Virus record (IMG/VR): IMGVR_UViG_3300025671_000342
Coordinates: 1-30,008 of that record
Reading direction: 5' to 3' (one strand)
Length of the DNA: 30,008 nucleotides
Source of the DNA: a virus
Lineage: Duplodnaviria; Caudoviricetes
Shown here one piece after another: positions 27,480 to 30,008 of the stretch. The notes under the pieces are model-generated. The model ran no database searches, was not told the DNA's origin, and saw only the letters and a list, made by a program, of their open reading frames with translations. A program made the position numbers and the translations under genes. How positions within the stretch are numbered: the first letter of the stretch is position 1; each line of letters opens with the position of its first letter.

Positions 27480-29455
27480 TTGACATGGATAGATTTGACG
27501 ATTTGCTCATCAAGGCTCGTGCCGAAATGTTGGGGAAGAGTCAGCCCCGTCAAGTCATCACAAAGGACACAGCATTTTCAATGGCTTGGGATTTAACGAA
27601 GGGCTTTGAAGATCAAATGCGAGCCATGCAAGCACGCCAACAACGACCCGGTTTTATGCAACGAATGAAGGATTCATTTAATGCAAACAGAAACCAACCT
27701 CGGCAAAGCGTGTCAAATACCCTACAAGGAATGGGCGGGCAAGGATTGGGACAAAGACCAATGAACAACATTCCTTTACCGACAAATAATACACCATCAA
27801 ATAGTGATGATGGCTTTGTTGATCCATTCGGTCAAGCATTAGGCGATGTCACAGGCTCAACGCGCACGACAAGAGCGAGTGGGCAACCAACCACAATGGC
27901 TGAGTTAGGGCCGAGTGGATTCGGTCAAGGGGGCGGTGCTGACAGACCGCTTGAAGCCGAAGAAGTCCCAATGCGTGAGGACATCAATACCGAGCAACCT
28001 CCTGCACCCGCACCTGCATCATCCGCACCTGTTGAAACGAAACGCACACGAAGCCTCCCGCCAACCATGCGAGGCGACATGAGTGCAAGTCAAAGAGCAA
28101 AAAATTTCGGTGGGCCAAGTGATGATCGATTTGTGTCGGCTGTTCAAACACTCGTCCCTGATTCGGATTACCGTTCTCTTTTGAGTGAAGTGAATGAGCG
28201 AAGAAGGGGCAAAGAGCCACGAGAAGAAGGAGTGACCCCTCTTTCATCGGCTGATGTTAAGCAGGGTAGTCCTATGCCCAAATTGGATCGAAGAACAACA
28301 GGCGACCTTGGCGACAGGCAGGACACCGCCGCCAACGAAAAATACCAACAAGTGAGCGATAAACGCAAGGAATACGCTGAGGCTATGGAACGCTTCGTTG
28401 AGCGAGGCGACATGACTGAGGATGAGGCGTTTAGCCTATGGGAAGAAATGCAACAATCGGGCAATATCCCCCAATTCCCTAAAATGAAAGAACAGACTCA
28501 ACCGAGTCTTGATGAAGCAAACCAAATGCTTGGTGGTGAAACACTGAATCCAAATCAAAAGCGTGAAGCACAAGAAACCCCTATCCCTAAGCGTGAAATG
28601 GCTGAACAACCACAAGGCGGAGTCCCCACTGCATTGGAGGCGCGTGAGGTGCAAGAGCGTTTCATGTTGCCTGAAAGCACAGGGGCTAAACCTCCACGAG
28701 GCGGCTCACGAAAGGGTATGCGATCTCCAATCACGATGAGAGAAGATCGCCGTGACCCCCAAGTGCATGAATTGCCTTCGCCAAAACGCCGAGCAGAACG
28801 AGACAAGCGAAACAAAGCCGCCGATAAGGTTGAGGCTGAGCGCACTCCTGCACCACAAACCGATTTGCCCGAAGCGGGCGAAACGAGAGGTGCGTTGGAT
28901 GAAAATGAAACCGCTATGGGAAGGGCTATGCTTGAAGCAATTAGGGATTCAGGGTTCGGTCAGCCTCAAGAAAATACCGAGTCTGTAAAGAAGCCCGAAC
29001 CACAGGTTGAGGAACAGACCACCAAGCAACCACCAACGGCAAAACAAACGACACTGTTTAATGGTGAAGAACAGACGGAATCCGTGAAGCCAAAGGACGA
29101 CACGGCAACGATTGAAGCGGCACAAGAGCGCAAAGCCAATCGCAATAAAAACAAGGTTGAAGCAAAAACCGAAGCACTAAAGCCAATCCGTTCTATGTCA
29201 AGTGAAGAGGTGGGGGAATTGATTCTTGATGCACAAGAAGGTAAGGCGGAGGCTATCAGCCATCTTAAAAATTACGGCGATGAGGTTGAAAGAGTGCATC
29301 CTCAATTCATGGATGAAATGAATGATTTGTTTGGTGATACCTTCAACAATAGCAACGATGACCTTTCACTACTACCAAGTGGTATGCGTCAGCAATTGCT
29401 GAAAGAAAACGATGCGAATGTCAATTATTCACTGTTGCCGAATGGTTGGGTATAG
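27476..29455 (+). CDS. Large disordered protein with tag near the N-terminus
   Basis: DDLLIKA...KDTAFSMAWDLTKG; start GTG 27476 or ATG 27485. Confidence 0.8.
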   Translation: MIDMDRFDDLLIKARAEMLGKSQPRQVITKDTAFSMAWDLTKGFEDQMRAMQARQQRPGFMQRMKDSFNANRNQPRQSVSNTLQGMGGQGLGQRPMNNIPLPTNNTPSNSDDGFVDPFGQALGDVTGSTRTTRASGQPTTMAELGPSGFGQGGGADRPLEAEEVPMREDINTEQPPAPAPASSAPVETKRTRSLPPTMRGDMSASQRAKNFGGPSDDRFVSAVQTLVPDSDYRSLLSEVNERRRGKEPREEGVTPLSSADVKQGSPMPKLDRRTTGDLGDRQDTAANEKYQQVSDKRKEYAEAMERFVERGDMTEDEAFSLWEEMQQSGNIPQFPKMKEQTQPSLDEANQMLGGETLNPNQKREAQETPIPKREMAEQPQGGVPTALEAREVQERFMLPESTGAKPPRGGSRKGMRSPITMREDRRDPQVHELPSPKRRAERDKRNKAADKVEAERTPAPQTDLPEAGETRGALDENETAMGRAMLEAIRDSGFGQPQENTESVKKPEPQVEEQTTKQPPTAKQTTLFNGEEQTESVKPKDDTATIEAAQERKANRNKNKVEAKTEALKPIRSMSSEEVGELILDAQEGKAEAISHLKNYGDEVERVHPQFMDEMNDLFGDTFNNSNDDLSLLPSGMRQQLLKENDANVNYSLLPNGWV

Positions 29456-29465
29456 GTGATGCCTC

Positions 29466-30008
29466 GTGTCAGCAGGTGTCCTTGACCTCGCCAATAAAGT
29501 GGATTGGGAAATGGGGCGCAGGGATTTCAAATTCTTTTTTGAGGACATTTGTGGCAAAGAGGAAGGCTATCAGTTAGCCGACTTTCACGAAGAATGGTTC
29601 GCCATGTCGGAGGAATACAACAAAACCTGCGTAATCGCTTCTCGTGACCACGGCAAGTCTGTCTTTTACCGAGTCTATTTGCTATGGAAAATGGCTTACA
29701 ATCCCGGCACAGAAGTCCTATTCTTTTCACACAGTCAGCATCAGTCCATTGAACACATGGCGAAAATGAATGAATTGATTGAGTCAAATCCTGTGCTTTC
29801 GCATTTGAAACCCGCACGAGGATGGGCTAAACAGAAATTCAAAATGACAAACAAATCATCCATATCGGCTATGTCAGTCGGTAAGGCTGTGCGTGGCGCG
29901 CACCCTGACATCGTGGTGCTTGACGATATTTTGTCAAGCGAAGCATCAACCCAATTAGCACATATTGCTTCGTGGTTTTACACCGCTTTGTTGCCTGTGC
30001 TTCACCAC
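29466..30008 (+). CDS. terL: Terminase large subunit, N-terminal ATPase domain (truncated by window end, not in the ORF track)
   Basis: AGGTGA SD then GTG; FHEEW, Walker A CVIASRDHGKS, VRGAHPD, Walker B IVVLDD; frame open to the window end. Confidence 0.9.
   Translation, partial: MSAGVLDLANKVDWEMGRRDFKFFFEDICGKEEGYQLADFHEEWFAMSEEYNKTCVIASRDHGKSVFYRVYLLWKMAYNPGTEVLFFSHSQHQSIEHMAKMNELIESNPVLSHLKPARGWAKQKFKMTNKSSISAMSVGKAVRGAHPDIVVLDDILSSEASTQLAHIASWFYTALLPVLHH

Noticed and set aside
29527-29817. 96-aa minus-strand ORF
   Set aside because: Antisense to the terminase ATPase frame

Overview
The window looks like part of a tailed dsDNA archaeal virus genome, most likely a virus of marine Thermoplasmatota/Poseidoniales (magrovirus-like). 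That assignment is an inference from gene content: a group II chaperonin (thermosome), a terminase large subunit running off the right end, GGTGA/GGAGG Shine-Dalgarno sites, ATGA-coupled genes and TATA-like leaderless promoters. Layout: (1) a non-coding, GC-skewed repeat region (1-550); (2) an array of translationally coupled genes sharing a short peptide tag (A/P)F-x-x-(A/G)W-x-h-h-K (e.g. MTAFDTAWALLK) fused to unrelated enzyme-like domains: ADP-ribosyltransferase-like, GNAT, kinase-like, HExxH protease and a divergent Dam-like methyltransferase; (3) an HMG-CoA lyase, the thermosome and a Gp88-like protein within or beside that array; (4) an RHH regulator followed by membrane proteins and an Arf/Ras-like GTPase; (5) a terS candidate, large low-complexity proteins and terL. 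The most interesting signal is the tag (about 20 copies), which may be a virion-loading/processing signal for a shuffled set of host-modifying enzymes. TCGA is also nearly absent and, on my manual scan, occurs only where it overlaps GATC. All product calls come from motif recognition by eye; no database search was run.
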